A DNA stretch of 40,677 nucleotides from the NCBI RefSeq assembly GCF_001194135.2, contig NC_068981.1, positions 183,605,909 to 183,646,585 of the forward strand. The letters are read 5' to 3'. The number at the start of each line of letters is the position of its first letter. Position 1 is the stretch's first letter. Source of the stretch: Octopus bimaculoides. Lineage: Eukaryota. Position numbers and translations under genes: made by a program. The notes under the pieces were generated by a model. It did no database searches. It saw nothing but the letters and a program-made list of their open reading frames with translations, and was not told the DNA's origin. Below are positions 1 to 12,286 of the stretch, piece by piece.

Positions 1-289
1 GTGCGTGTGTGCGTGCGTGCGTGCGTGTGTGCGTGCGTGCGTTCTTGTTATATTTTCCAAATTTTTCGCTAATGGAGAATGAGACAATTTCTAACCTAGA
101 AAAAAATCAGAAAGAGGAGGGGGAAGGGCGTTTAATGGAATTTAGACAGGAATTGGGTAGTCGCGTATATGTATGTATGTATGTATGTATGCATGCATGC
201 ATGTATGTATGCATGTATGTATGTCTGTTTGTATGTACGTGTATGTCTGAAGCATGTGTATAATGATCGTTTGCTTGTATATATATATT

Positions 290-325
<36 letters not shown>

Positions 326-524
326 TGTCTGTATGTGTGTGTGCGTGTGTGTATAGATGTATGCATATATATGTCAGTGTATGTGCACGTTTTTTTGTTG
401 TTGTTTGTTTTTTCCTTTAGTAGTTTATTCAAGTTTCTTCTTTTGCAAAATTCATGCCGATCACTTAGGGACATGGCACTTTTGTTTCAATCTGCCAACT
501 CACCGCCTTACAAAATTCTAAATT

Positions 525-730
525 CGTTTCAAATTTTGACACAAAGCCAGCAATTTCGGAGAATGGGTAAGTCCATTACATTGACCCCTAGTGTTTAACT
601 GGTACTTATTTTAATTAGCCCTGAAAGGATGAAAGGCAACGTTAACCCTGGCGGCATCTGAACTCAGATCCTAAAGTTGGAAGAAATGCCGCTAAGCATT
701 TTTTCCGGCATGGTGACGATTCCGCCAGAT
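525..730 (-). mobile_element. tRNA-derived SINE, group A (Meta/MESC-like body), diverged copy
   Basis: Reverse complement aligns by eye to the copies at 3155 and 36435: CTGGCGGAATCGTCACC A-box region, TGAGTTCAGATGCC B-box region, TTTCATCCTTTCAGGG body. Ends approximate. Confidence 0.75.
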
Positions 731-1048
731 CGCTGCGTTAATAGAAAATTTAACTTTGAAATTTTGATGTAAACCCTTGGTTCCCAACGAACAGAAAACA
801 TAGTCAGAAATTCTTCGCTTAATCTCATGATGGGTTTTTTTTCTTTTGTTTGTTTTTTTTTGTTTGTTTTTTTTTGTCGTGTACACACATGAAGTACTCA
901 TTTCTCACTTTATTGCTTAATAAATGTTGTCTATGTGATATAATGTGGCTCTTGTAAGTAGGGCCAGATTAAGACCTATAAAGACCCAAAGAACTTAAAA
1001 TGATTTTTAGTGCTCCCATTATATATGTAATTCTAAATATGAATAATA

Positions 1049-1418
1049 ACAAGAGCACTCAGAGAGCGCAAACCACCGCCAAGGCAACACCAACGTCTCT
1101 TAACGGTTAGCCAAAGATGATTTTTAAAATGAGAATATCTGAAATAAACTCGACTGCTCTCACGAACGAGAATACTAAAAACGAACCCGACCACTCTCAA
1201 AAATTAAGTAAAGAAAAAGACATGGAAAATAATCTAGAACCCTTGTCCGGTACGGAATCGATCCCAAAATCTAATCAGTTCATGCCAGTCACGAGGCCAA
1301 ACATCCCTGAAAGTTTCATCCGAATCCTTCCAGCGGTTCTTGAGTTATCTTGTCCACGGACAAACAAACAAACGCGACTGAAAACAATACCTCCGCCTTC
1401 GCTAAGTCGGAGATAATA
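1049..1418 (+). mobile_element. Putative non-autonomous Helitron/Helentron-like (HINE-type) element
   Basis: Starts ACAAGAG, has a sub-terminal CCACCGCCAAGG motif, and ends in an imperfect stem-loop (ACCTCCGCC-TTCGCTAA-GTCGGAGAT) followed by AATAAA. Family assignment is inferred from architecture only. Confidence 0.4.
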
Positions 1419-3154
1419 AACCATAAGATTATTTTTTTATTTTTTTAAATGAAACAAAAGTAACAGTAAGATGGGAAATAATATTTATTCCATATACCTC
1501 CACTTATTTATATTCGATAAGTTTTTCTCCTACATTTTTTTAATTGCAAAAATGTCTTTAATCAGATCCTCACTATGACACCATGAACTCCTCGAAATTA
1601 CATTTCCGATCATATAAACCACTTAAAACATTATCTTAGCAAGTTTAAAGTTATTTCTTTTGTGCCGTAACCCATTTACCATTTCTGTGGTATCTCCATC
1701 CCATTTCCCTTAATATCCGAAGCACGTTCTTACTTTGCTTGGTGGGTAATCCAGCACGGCTTACAGGTCGTATGGATTGATCTTATGCCGCTGCTTCCAG
1801 CTCTCCCTTTAACACAGATTCTGTCAGTGTCACTGTTGATGTGGAATTTACCAGTAGTTGTTAGTATCTTGCTTGGCTTAATATAAACGGGGTATTTTAA
1901 TAACTAGTGTCTGAATAGATTCCGCCTATATACAATGTCGTCTAAGACAGCGATTCTCAAACTGACAAATACCAACTTTTTGTTCTCACCTCACTCTCTT
2001 TGTTAATGAGAAGAAAAAAATAGGGTCTGTATCTATATAATTCTTCTCTCACACTTTTGGTGTGGACAAGTTCAGAAAGTTTTAAATAATCGTAATTTTT
2101 TTTTTATTCAGCCCAAAAGGGATCTGGGACACGGGGTTCGTTTTCTTCATGGATTACCCTGGAATGGTTTTGGGTTCGTGTGAACATTTTGGAAAACTGT
2201 TTTTGAGAAATAGTGACGTTGCTTCATGACAAACAAACGTCTACACACATACACACACGCACGCACACATACACACACATACACACGCACACACACACAC
2301 TATATATATATATATATATATATATNNNNNNNNNNNNNNNNNNNNNNNNNNNNNNNNNNNNNNNNNNNNNNNNNNNNNNNNNNNNNNNNNNNNNNNNNNN
2401 NNNNNNNNNNNNNNNNNNNNNNNNNNNNNNNNNNNNNNNNNNNNNNNNNNNNNNNNNNNNNNNNNNNNNNNNNNNNNNNNNNNNNNNNNNNNNNNNNNNN
2501 NNNNNNNNNNNNNNNNNNNNNNNNNNNNNNNNNNNNNNNNNNNNNNNNNNNNNNNNNNNNNNNNNNNNNNNNNNNNNNNNNNNNNNNNNNNNNNNNNNNN
2601 NNNNNNNNNNNNNNNNATATATATATATATATATATATATATACCTACGTGTGTGTGTATGTATATATATACTTACATATACATATACGCATACATATTT
2701 ACATGCATGCACACACTTGCACACATAAACATATATACTTATTCATATATATATATACATATACATACATACATACATACATACATACATGCACATTCAT
2801 ATATATGAAGGTATATCTGCATATACCTAAGCATATGATCTGTATATATGCATATGTATGTGCGTGTGTATGCGTGTGTGTATGCAAGCGTGCGTGCGTG
2901 TGCTAGTGTTTGTGTGTGCGTGTGTGTTTGTGTGTATTTATAATGGTTCCGCATGTCGAGACTTTGTCAGCGGGAGGGAAGACCTTATGTGTTTTTTCTG
3001 TGTATCTTGATGTAGTTTTAGTAAATTAAGAACCAACATTTGTAGCGTTACTAAACTACTTTGGTTAGAACAGGATTAAATCCACCCGACACCCTTAGTA
3101 CAACTTAACAATGGTACCCCCGCGACCCGTCCATTGACAAAATAGAATACCCAT

Positions 3155-3370
3155 AAGGCAGCGAGCTGGCAGAATCGTTAGCACACCGGGCGAAATGCTT
3201 AACACTATTTCGTCCGTCTTTACGTTCTGAGTTCAAATTCCGCCGAGGTCGACTTTGCCATTCATTTTTTTCGGGATCGATAAATTAAGTACCAGTTGCG
3301 TACTAGAATCGATCTAATCAACTGGTCCCAATCCCCAAAAATTTTGGGTCTTGTGCCTAGAGTAGAATAA
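3155..3370 (+). mobile_element. tRNA-derived SINE, group A, full length
   Basis: AAGGCAGCGAGCTGGCAGAATCGTTAG head (A box), GAGTTCAAATTCC (B box), GTCGACTTTGCC...TCGATAAATTAAGTACCAG body, CTTGTGCCTAGAGTAGAA tail. More than 10 related copies lie in the window. Confidence 0.85.
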
Positions 3371-3731
3371 AAATAGAATAGCCATTACAACATCAGACCA
3401 GACGTTGCAACTATATCATATAAAACGTGTTTCTTTTTATATTTCATTTTATTTAATTAACCCTAAATAACAGTTAGCAGTAAAGGAAATANNNNNNNNN
3501 NNNNNNNNNNNNNNNNNNNNNNNNNNNNNNNNNNNNNNNNNNNNNNNNNNNNNNNNNNNNNNNNNNNNNNNNNNNNNNNNNNNNNNNNNNNNNNNNNNNN
3601 NNNNNNNNNNNNNNNNNNNNNNNNNNNNNNNNNNNNNNNNNNNNNNNNNNNNNNNNNNNNNNNNNNNNNNNNNNNNNNNNNNNNNNNNNNNNNNNNNNNN
3701 NNNNNNNNNNNNNNNNNNNNNNNNNNNNNNN

Positions 3732-3764
<33 letters not shown>

Positions 3765-3812
3765 TGTATGTATGTATGTATGTGTGTGTATGTATATATA
3801 TGTATGTGTGCG

Positions 3813-3849
<37 letters not shown>

Positions 3850-4375
3850 GGACTATGTTACCAGTGAAGAGGTTCTGTTCCGGGCAGAACTGCCCTGCAT
3901 TTAATCAACCCTCGCACGACACTGCCCTCGCCGGTGGGCACACATCATATGAATGCCCAAACGCGCCTCCCCTCTCAACGCATCTTTGCGGCGATGGTTT
4001 CAGGCACCAGCCCACACGGATCCCTCAGATTCCGTTTCCGGGACCAGCCCAAAGCTACTCTCCTCCGTTGCTCCATTGATCTAAAGACCTGGGAGGCAAT
4101 CATCAAGGACCGTTCAAAATGGTGGCATGTCATCGTCAAAGGAACGGACCGGGTGGAAAGTAACAGACGTCAAATAACAGGGATCAGACGTCGAAGACTC
4201 AAAGAGCAATTCGCACTTCCTTGTCCCTCGCCAATCCTCTCCTGTAATAAATATCCCTGGCTCTTCTATGCCGCCCTTGACCTGAACAGCCACTTCAGAC
4301 ACCCTTTGTAACCATCAGGGTGAAGAGGCTCTATCACTCGCTACAGAATAACTACTCGGATACGAGTTAATGCCG
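3850..4375 (+). mobile_element. RTE-clade LINE, 3' ORF2 remnant
   Basis: Frameshifted translation DYVTSEEVLFRAELP...RFRDQPKATLLRCSIDLKTWEAIIKDRSKWW...LSCNKYPWLFYAALDLNSHFRH matches the RTE post-RT region and decayed C-terminal C2H2-like motif. Confidence 0.8.
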
Positions 4376-4410
4376 ACTACGATATGTGTGTATGTATGTA
4401 TGTATGTATG

Positions 4411-4751
4411 TATGTATGTATGTCCCCTTCGGTTACGAATGACCATGGGATTGCACCTTGAAAGTTACCCTCCTAAGCACAAGTCTGGGCAAGGCTGTTT
4501 ATGGAAGACCAGCAGTCGCCCATGCATTCCAGTCTCCCCTCTCCACGCCACTGATGTTATCCAAGGGAAAGGCAAACGGGCCGATACAGCTTGGCATCAT
4601 TGACGTCGCAACTCATTTCTACAGCTGAGTGAACTGGAGCAACGTGAAATAAAGTGTCTTGCTCAAGAACACAACACGCAGCCCGGTCCGGGATTCGAAC
4701 TCACAACCTCACGATCGTTAGATCGACGCTCTAACCACTGAGCCATGCGCC

Positions 4752-4756
<5 letters not shown>
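4411..4756 (-). mobile_element. tRNA-derived SINE, group B (CORE-like body), full length with (ATAC)n at the 3' end
   Basis: Minus strand has TGGCTCAGTGGTTAG (A box), GAGTTCGAATCCC (B box), GTGTTCTTGAGCAAGACACTT CORE-like segment and a tail ending GGTCATTCGTAACCGAAGGGGAC. Confidence 0.85.
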
Positions 4757-4794
<38 letters not shown>

Positions 4795-4796
<2 letters not shown>

Positions 4797-5240
4797 GCTG
4801 GCTGTACATGAAGACTTTGGGTATTCTTTCATCATTCATTCTGATGAAATTGCCAGCCCAGCGCAATTATGATTGCATAAGGAAGCTCTCGATTCCGCCA
4901 ATCTTACACTTGCTAAACAAGTCGGCATTAGAAACTCTGTCTTTTAGTGAATAACCGAAGATTGTCTTCAGACAGTCTTTTTGGAAGATATCTAGTTAGT
5001 TAATGTGTCGTCTATAGGATATCCACAATTCTGAGACATACAAGTAAGAATGGCAGCTTTATAAACCTGTAGTTTGATGGCAATTTTGATGTTCCTTTCT
5101 TTCCATAGGCAATGACAGAGTTTGCCAAATGCGTTGGTTGCCTTTGAAAGACGGTTGACGATTTCATCATCAAGGGAAGCGTTCGAATTCACTTTACTAC
5201 CAAGAGATGTAAATGACTTCACATAATTTAGGCTGTAGAT
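4795..5240 (-). mobile_element. RTE-clade LINE, reverse transcriptase C-terminal/thumb remnant
   Basis: Minus translation SFTSLGSKVNSNASLDDEIVNRLSKATNAFGKLCHCLWKERNIKIAIKLQVYKAAILT / YVSELWISYRRHIN*LDIFQKDCLKTIFGYSLKDRVSNADLFSKCKIGGIESFLMQS*LRWAGNFIRMNDERIPK is typical RTE ORF2 with stops and a frameshift. Confidence 0.88.
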
Positions 5241-5489
5241 CCAGTTCAGCATCCCTGATTTGGATCTACAGTTTGTTCGGATAGGGTACCTATGTGTACG
5301 TATACGTTTGTCTATGCGTACTTCTATGTAGATAGACGTGTCGATGTATATGCGTGCGCACAGACACACAGCATACAATCAGCTAACGATAACTTTAATT
5401 GTTCTTGGTTATTGGCAGCCCGGTACCCAACCATTCCTAGTGTTATGCACATTGAAATACTTAGGTTCTAACGAATCCTGCAACTGAGC

Positions 5490-5537
<48 letters not shown>

Positions 5538-5547
5538 NNNNNNNNNN

Positions 5548-5591
<44 letters not shown>

Positions 5592-5718
5592 TTACACACA
5601 TACATGCATACATACATACATACATACATAAATACGTGTGTGTGTGTGTGTGTGTGTGTGTATAGACGTAAATGTCGAACAATGAAAATGAGTGCTCAAC
5701 ACCACATTTGTGTTTTAA

Positions 5719-5863
5719 GGCTACCATTGGTTTCACGTTAAGAAAACATACTATTATCTTAACAGTTTTTGCCGATTACATGAAGGAGTGGTGTTCCGCG
5801 GGATCGGCCTGAAAAATTGTTAAGAGATTAAGATATTTTCTTAACATGAAACCAATGGGAGCC
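5719..5863. mobile_element. Fold-back MITE flanked by TTAA (Kolobok- or Harbinger-like ends)
   Basis: TTAA at 5715-5718 and 5864-5867. Arms GGCTACCATTGGTTTCACGTTAAGAAAA and TTTTCTTAACATGAAACCAATGGGAGCC are imperfect inverted repeats, and pairing continues inward (TTTTTGCCGAT / ATCGGC...AAAAA). Confidence 0.65.
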
Positions 5864-7041
5864 TTAATACCCAAATATATGTATANNNNNNNNNNNNNNN
5901 NNNNNNNNNNNNNNNNNNNNNNNNNNNNNNNNNNNNNNNNNNNNNNNNNNNNNNNNNNNNNNNNNNNNNNNNNNNNNNNNNNNNNNNNNNNNNNNNNNNN
6001 NNNNNNNNNNNNNNNNNNTATATATATATATATATCAACAAGGAGACATGGTAAAAGAAGCACATTTTTAACATTTTTCTCAACGAGGGAAAAACTGTAC
6101 TAATTTGTCATTTGTATCATGGTAAATCCGGCACAAAATAAAATTTTTGTGGTCCCTCTCTTTCCTTGAAACCCTAAATACATTATTTTATTTGACAGTT
6201 AATCCGGCCCTAACTTATGTTTCGATTACACCTGCGTATGCGTAATGCTCAACCCCACCCTGCACCCCAGACCTTGAGTTTGCCAACAAGTTTGCAAAAA
6301 GTACATTCATGAGTTGATCTCTGTGGCTTTGGAGTGTTTAGCTCAAAACCGTGTTAATTTGTTTCTTATCAGTAGTCTAGAATTTGAAATGTGTCTCTTG
6401 GCTGGGGCATATCTTTCTTACAAGCAAAGTTCCAATGTTTGTCAGGTTAAGAGTAGGAAATTACTACAAAACAACTGTTACTCCGGAGTTTGCTTTCATG
6501 AAACTCTATAATTTCAGCAAGCTTCTTACCACACACGCACGCATGCACCTATAAAGATCATTATCTCGAGGATTTCATTATTTGCTTTGTTTATGATTTA
6601 AACCCATGTTATTTTTATGAGGTTTTGCTAACGTTCAGTATAATAATAACATTATATTCACACGACAACGGATTATTCCTTGAAAAGATCTTGGTGTGTT
6701 TTAAGGATTAAACATTTAGTTTCTCTTCTGTAATAACGTCATGTCTCCAAACGGAAATACATATAATCGTTCCGACAAGTTATACACATTTTGACAAACA
6801 ACTCGGGTAACGTATACTTCCTATAGTCTTCTCAATTTAAATAAATAAATAAATAAATTGCCACAGATGTTTTCCGAACGCTGCAACCTACACGTAAATA
6901 TGATCTGAGTCAGCGAGTACAAATGTGTACATGTATATGTATATACATGCAAACATGCACAGACACACACACACACACACACATATATATGTACATATAC
7001 GTATGTATACATATTTAGATATATATATCTGTACATATATG

Positions 7042-7096
<55 letters not shown>

Positions 7097-7964
7097 TAGT
7101 GTATTTATATACATGTATAAACATACAAACATGTTTATATAATCTATACATATAGATATGTATATACACACACAGTTATACACACATGTGTGTAAAGTTA
7201 TACTAAAGTATTTGACAAAGAAAATAAGNNNNNNNNNNNNNNNNNNNNNNNNNNNNNNNNNNNNNNNNNNNNNNNNNNNNNNNNNNNNNNNNNNNNNNNN
7301 NNNNNNNNNNNNNNNNNNNNNNNNNNNNNNNNNNNNNNNNNNNNNNNNNNNNNNNNNNNNNNNNNNNNNNNNNNNNNNNNNNNNNNNNNNNNNNNNNNNN
7401 NNNNNNNNNNNNNNNNNNNNNNNNNNNNNNNNNNNNNNNNNNNNNNNNNNNNNNNNNNNNNNNNATATGCACATGTATGTATATACATATATGTGCATAT
7501 ACACTTCCACAAATATACATACATCAGACAACCTAATAAATAGTGTTATACAATAGTTTAGATTTATTTAAAGAGTTGCATGCTGTAATTCTTTGTCCAA
7601 GAGGGCTCAGCTTGTTATTTCAAATGCCAAGTATTTTGATGAATGTGTGCTGGGGTGGGGGGGGGGCGTGTTATGTGTCGATATGTTTCTGTTTGTGCGA
7701 GAGAGATAGGCAGATAGATAGATAGATAGATAGATAGATACATACATACATACATACATACATACATACATACATACATACATAGACAGACTGGCAGGCA
7801 AACAGACAGACATAGATAGTTACATAGATAGATAGATAATAATATAATATAGGATAAATTCTTTATAAGAATTTATCAAGTAGTCAGCGTGAAAAAACCT
7901 CATAATGAAAAAATAACGAAAAATTTCGTAATGAAAAAATTCATCGTTTCTTCACAGATATATT

Positions 7965-8284
7965 TAATTATATATAAAGGGCATTAACTGTGTATCAATG
8001 CCTCACGCTATCGAGGGACTAAATAAGTCAGAAAACTACCAAAAATAAGCACCATATTTACCGAAAGCGAGGGAATGCAACTTTTCAAAATTTATCTCTT
8101 AAAAACATTTAACTCAGCGGTAGACCACTTGAGTTGAGTTAAATGTTTTTAAGAGATAAATTTTGAAAAGTTGCATTCCCTCGCTTTCGGTAAATATGGT
8201 GCTTATTTTTGGTAGTTTTCTTACTTATTTAGTCCCTCGATAGCGTGAGGCATTGATACACAGTTAATGCCCTTTATATATAAT

Positions 8285-8286
<2 letters not shown>
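7965..8286. repeat. Long palindrome: 152-bp arms, 18-bp spacer, one mismatch
   Basis: 7965-8116 is the reverse complement of 8135-8286 except GTCAGAAAA vs TTTTCTTAC. Spacer is GCGGTAGACCACTTGAGT. Confidence 0.95.
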
Positions 8287-8343
<57 letters not shown>

Positions 8344-8959
8344 GCCAACATGCATGCAGACAGACAGGCAGCCGACCGGCAGACTATGTTCTAGGTTCAT
8401 TTTCTTATAACTTGTTTTCATGTTTTCTTTATCATTTCATTAGAATTTCTTAGAAATAATTAAGTTCTGAGATTCAGCAATGCTACTGGAACTTCACGAT
8501 CTCAAAAGTCAACGAGGCCTTGATTTTTGTTTCAACTTACGTCTGTGCGTAACGCTCAACCTCCAGTTCTAGAATTGACCAACAAAGCAACATAAAGTGC
8601 ATGCATAAATTGATTTCACTGATGTTGAAGCGTACATGCGTGTCTGAAATCTGTTTTAATTTGTTCCTTATCAGCAATCTAGAATTTAAGTAGTCTTGAA
8701 TGAAGTGTTAGATATTGGCCTGAATTCTCTACCATTTTCTAACAGACGCAATGAACCGTCAGATTTGAAATTATTGACTGTTGGCCCTTTACTTTCAACA
8801 GTTAGGGAATGGAAGAGGTGATGGCGCGATTCCGTGACCATCTTACGTTATCTGTGTGTTTACTGTAGCGTTGGGTACTGCTATTTAGTTAGCAATAGTG
8901 TAGCTAGAGTGTGTGCCACTCGAGGCGGCCCATGAGTCTGCTAACCCCATCACCCTATA

Positions 8960-9160
8960 CGAGGGGGTACCGAAAAGTTCCTGGCTTGAAGGCTATTGCG
9001 AAAGGCCTGATTAGAAGTCCAACCTTCCGAGGTCTTTTACAAGACTTAGAAAAACTGAAGGAGCCCTGCAATATGTGTCAATCTGTGTTGAATAAAATTA
9101 TAATTAACTGATTCTCTTGTATTTTCTTTTAACCAAAGCTTATTTCCGGCACTTTTTGAT
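8960..9160. mobile_element. Short mariner-derived non-autonomous remnant
   Basis: TA followed by CGAGGGGGTACCGAAAAGTTCCTGGCTT, a mariner-type TIR. The right end (AACCAAAGCTTATTTCCGGCACTTTTTG) is a degraded counterpart. Right boundary uncertain. Confidence 0.5.
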
Positions 9161-9929
9161 GTTGGCGCCACCAAAATGAACAATGTTATCGTTAAAGGCG
9201 CGAAATTGTTATGATTTTTGGACGATAACTGATGAGGGAAGAGTATGTCCACGTCTAGTATGTAAATTTTCGTTGGTTTCGACAATGAGTATTCAGTTGT
9301 TCGATCAATTCGCGTCTACTGAATACCTGCTAAGGTAACGTGTAAGTGGATAGGTGTATGGGTGAATATTTCTCAGAAACGCTCAACCCTTAATATAATT
9401 TCCCTTTAGGAGCAGAAAGTATTTCAGACCTGATCAGCTACATAACCTCTACAAAACATTTATGGAGTTGCTGCATATGCTGCTGCAACCATTGCTGTTG
9501 CTATTTTTAAACATTGGATGACTATAAGGTTCCAACAGAGCAAAATAGAAATTGAAGGGCTCCACAGGCAAAAAAATAGTTAACAAAGATTCAGTCACCA
9601 ACACACTACAACCACCAGCCTCTGTCAATACTAAAATATCCCTTGCTTTTATAAATAAGATAGCTTCATACACTCCCCAGCTATGCCCACTTGACGGCAT
9701 TCTGTCTTCCCATTCCGTCTCCATTACTATACTTCACATCAGAGTCTAGAAGTCTAACTTTCTAAAGTATCTTCCCACCTATGTTTTTCCTATAAACATT
9801 GACTTGCTGGTGTTTAGCCTAAATATGAAGCTCCCATCAATCTCATTTGTCTGAGTATACCTTGCAACCGTCATTGGTATTGCCTTTCCTCTCCTATCAT
9901 CTAATCCATTTTCCCCATAAATCTCTTAC

Positions 9930-9944
9930 CTTCTGCTTTGTCAT
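9930..9944 (-). CDS. Candidate first coding exon (MTKQK) of an unidentified minus-strand gene
   Basis: Minus strand ATG ACA AAG CAG AAG|GTAAGA (near-consensus donor), preceded by TTTCGCGCGCC (E2F-like, 9957-9967). No homology recognised. Confidence 0.28.
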
Positions 9945-10648
9945 TCTGTAGTGATCGGCGCGCGAAACAAGACGTGGCCTCCCAGTAAATCTTGAAACTA
10001 TTATACTTATTTTACGTCGCTAATGTCAAATTGGAAAGTAAGATATAAACGATTTTTTTTTTTTTTGTTATTGCCTGAAATATAGGAAGTTTAAGCTTAG
10101 AATCTCTCGCTTCGTTAGTTTTTAATCTTATTGGTTTGTCAAATAAATTCGTAAGTGTTTTTTTTCTGGAGTTTTTGTTTGTTGTAACGAATTTATCTGA
10201 CAATTTAATTAGGCAATTTAACAGCCAGGTTGATGTGATTTAATCATATAGAAATTAATCTTTTAACACTAAGAATTGTACTGAGTACAGTGGTTTTTAA
10301 ACTGAGCAATACAAACACCTTCACTGAGAAAATTATCAATGAAATCGTTTAACCCTGTTAAAAGGTTGATAGTTGCAATAGAGACATTAGTCTCACTCTA
10401 TCACCTTTCAACAAAATTATATATATATTAAGAAACAGTAGAACAATTAACAACATAATAAAAATAAGTTTTATTTTTGGTGATGCTGGTTTTACAAATC
10501 CTGTGTTATTCAACCTGGCAGCCGCTGGTTAACTTGTAATCAGCATTGGAAGGTTAAAAGCTTCGTTGAGGCATCTGAAAGGAGCAAGTTGTTGTTACAT
10601 CGAAGGCATCGCGCTAAAAAGGGTTAGAAAGCGCGTGAAGCGCTTTAA

Positions 10649-10870
10649 CCCATTACCTACCAGTGATCTCATATGAGATCACTTAAAAATTACAAATTTC
10701 GTAATTATCTGTCAATATTTACACATATCTAACCTTTTTGCTATATCTACTAGGTATATTTCTCTGATATTCAAATGAGGTTTGCTAATTTTTCACCCAA
10801 TATCTCGCTTATTTCTATTTAAAATGTTATTTTGATCATTCCAGTTAATAGAATTATGGGAGGTAATGGG
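10649..10870. mobile_element. piggyBac-like MITE
   Basis: TTAA|CCCATTACCTACCA ... TGGGAGGTAATGGG|TTGA: 14-bp TIRs with one mismatch, CCC/GGG ends, TTAA target degenerate on the right. Confidence 0.65.
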
Positions 10871-10886
10871 TTGAGTACTGGTTTTA

Positions 10887-10990
10887 CTACGCATGCGCAC
10901 TCGAGGGGCTTCCGGGAAGGCAAGTCCCTTGCGCATGCGTAGATTGTACTTCCTTAATGGCGGCCATAATTTCGCGCCACTACAACTCCA
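10887..10990. promoter_or_regulatory. Dense cluster of housekeeping-type promoter motifs
   Basis: Inverted pair CTACGCATGCGCA (10887-10899) and TGCGCATGCGTAG (10930-10942), NRF1-like; CTTCCGG, ETS-like; AATGGCGGCC (10956-10965), YY1-like; TTTCGCGCC (10970-10978), E2F-like; ACTACAACTCC (10979-10989), ZNF143/Ronin-like. Locally CpG-rich in an AT-rich background. Confidence 0.5.
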
Positions 10991-11292
10991 CTCCAGTTAC
11001 TTTTTCGTTAATGAGAAGTCAAGATAGAGTTTGCATCTATATTATTCATCTTTCTTTGCTATGATGCTGGACAAACTTGAAAAAAAGTTTCTACGATCTG
11101 AATTTAGTTTAACGTGTGAATATGTTCGCTCTCCCTTTTTTCAATCTTCGCAGTCCAACCCCGCTCCACACCGAGAGCCCTTCCCCACCACCATACGAAA
11201 AAACACTGGCTTAGAAGACATCTGTCGAAATACCTAAATTCTTCCCCTCCAATAAGAAAATAAGCAAAATTATAATGAGTTCTTGGGAAAAT

Positions 11293-11300
11293 GTTGTTGT

Positions 11301-11382
<82 letters not shown>

Positions 11383-11420
11383 CGTGTTGGTGTTGGCGTT
11401 GTTGCTGTTGTTGTTTTATC
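11293..11420. repeat. Compound (GTT)n/(GCT)n trinucleotide microsatellite
   Basis: Direct reading. It generates the poly-Ala/Val, poly-Cys and poly-Leu ORFs in the track. Confidence 0.95.
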
Positions 11421-11589
11421 GCTCAGTCGCGGGTCAACTTTCATTCGGCACACAAACTCGCAGACGAACAAAAGCCGTTTCAACCGTGACCATTCCATCC
11501 TTTATTCTTTAGACTCAGTGTACCTAGGACTACATAATCCTATGTATTACGCTGTATTTATGAATTTTATCTTTTATCTTTATCTCCCG

Positions 11590-11810
11590 CTTGTTTCAGT
11601 CATTGAACTGCGGCCATGCTGGGGCATCGCCTTGAATGGTTCATTCGAACAAATCAACTCCAGTACTTATTTTGAAGTCTGGTACTTATTTTATCGATCT
11701 CTTTTGCTGAACCGCTAGATTTCACTCCATAGTAGAAGACACTTGTCCAAGGTGCCGCGCAGTGGGGTCAACCCGATATCACGCGTTTTCACACAGCCAT
11801 ACCTGCGCCT
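11590..11810 (-). mobile_element. tRNA/CORE SINE, group D, internally deleted
   Basis: Shares the head (GGCACCTTGGACAAGTGTCTTCTACTAT) and tail (CAGCATGGCCGCAG...TGACTGAAACAAG) with 13221-13617, but the middle is missing. Confidence 0.75.
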
Positions 11811-12253
11811 AATTGAGCTATTGTATGAAATTAAGCTGACACTTCTAGCAGGTTCAAGAGACCTGGATACCAGAGGCTCCTTTGTTGGCACAAACCAAAA
11901 TTATTTGATTGTGTAGCAGAATATTACTTGTCTGTGTTTTAAAATTAGTTCCCACTAAAATTCACAGGAACCGACTGCATTGCTGTGAAAACAAGCGGCA
12001 ACGAAAGACTATCACATGTTTATTAGCTGTCGGTGGTATATTGACACAGGAGAGGAACACTTGCGAGGTGAATCAAGATGAGACGTGCAGATGTAACCAA
12101 ACGAAATGAACCAACAGACGGACAAGGAAGCGAGAGAGAGAGAATGATAGGGAGAGAGAATGTTAGAGAGAGATAGACAGAGAGAAAGAGAGAGAGATTG
12201 ACACATACATACATAGACAGACAGAAAGACAGATAAACAGGCAGGCAGGCAGG

Positions 12254-12286
<33 letters not shown>

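Noticed and set aside
5777-5805. Minus-strand micro-exon (TTTTTCAG|GCCGATCCC...|GTAATC)
   Set aside because: Lies in the loop and inner stem of the 5719-5863 MITE and the donor is weak.
9226-9260. Hammerhead starting at CTGATGAG
   Set aside because: A GGA/TCC stem can form but no GAAA follows.
11275-11718. 147-aa Ala/Val-rich ORF that looks like a signal peptide
   Set aside because: Built on a trinucleotide repeat, ends inside a SINE, and has no convincing donor in the phase needed for the EMI exon.
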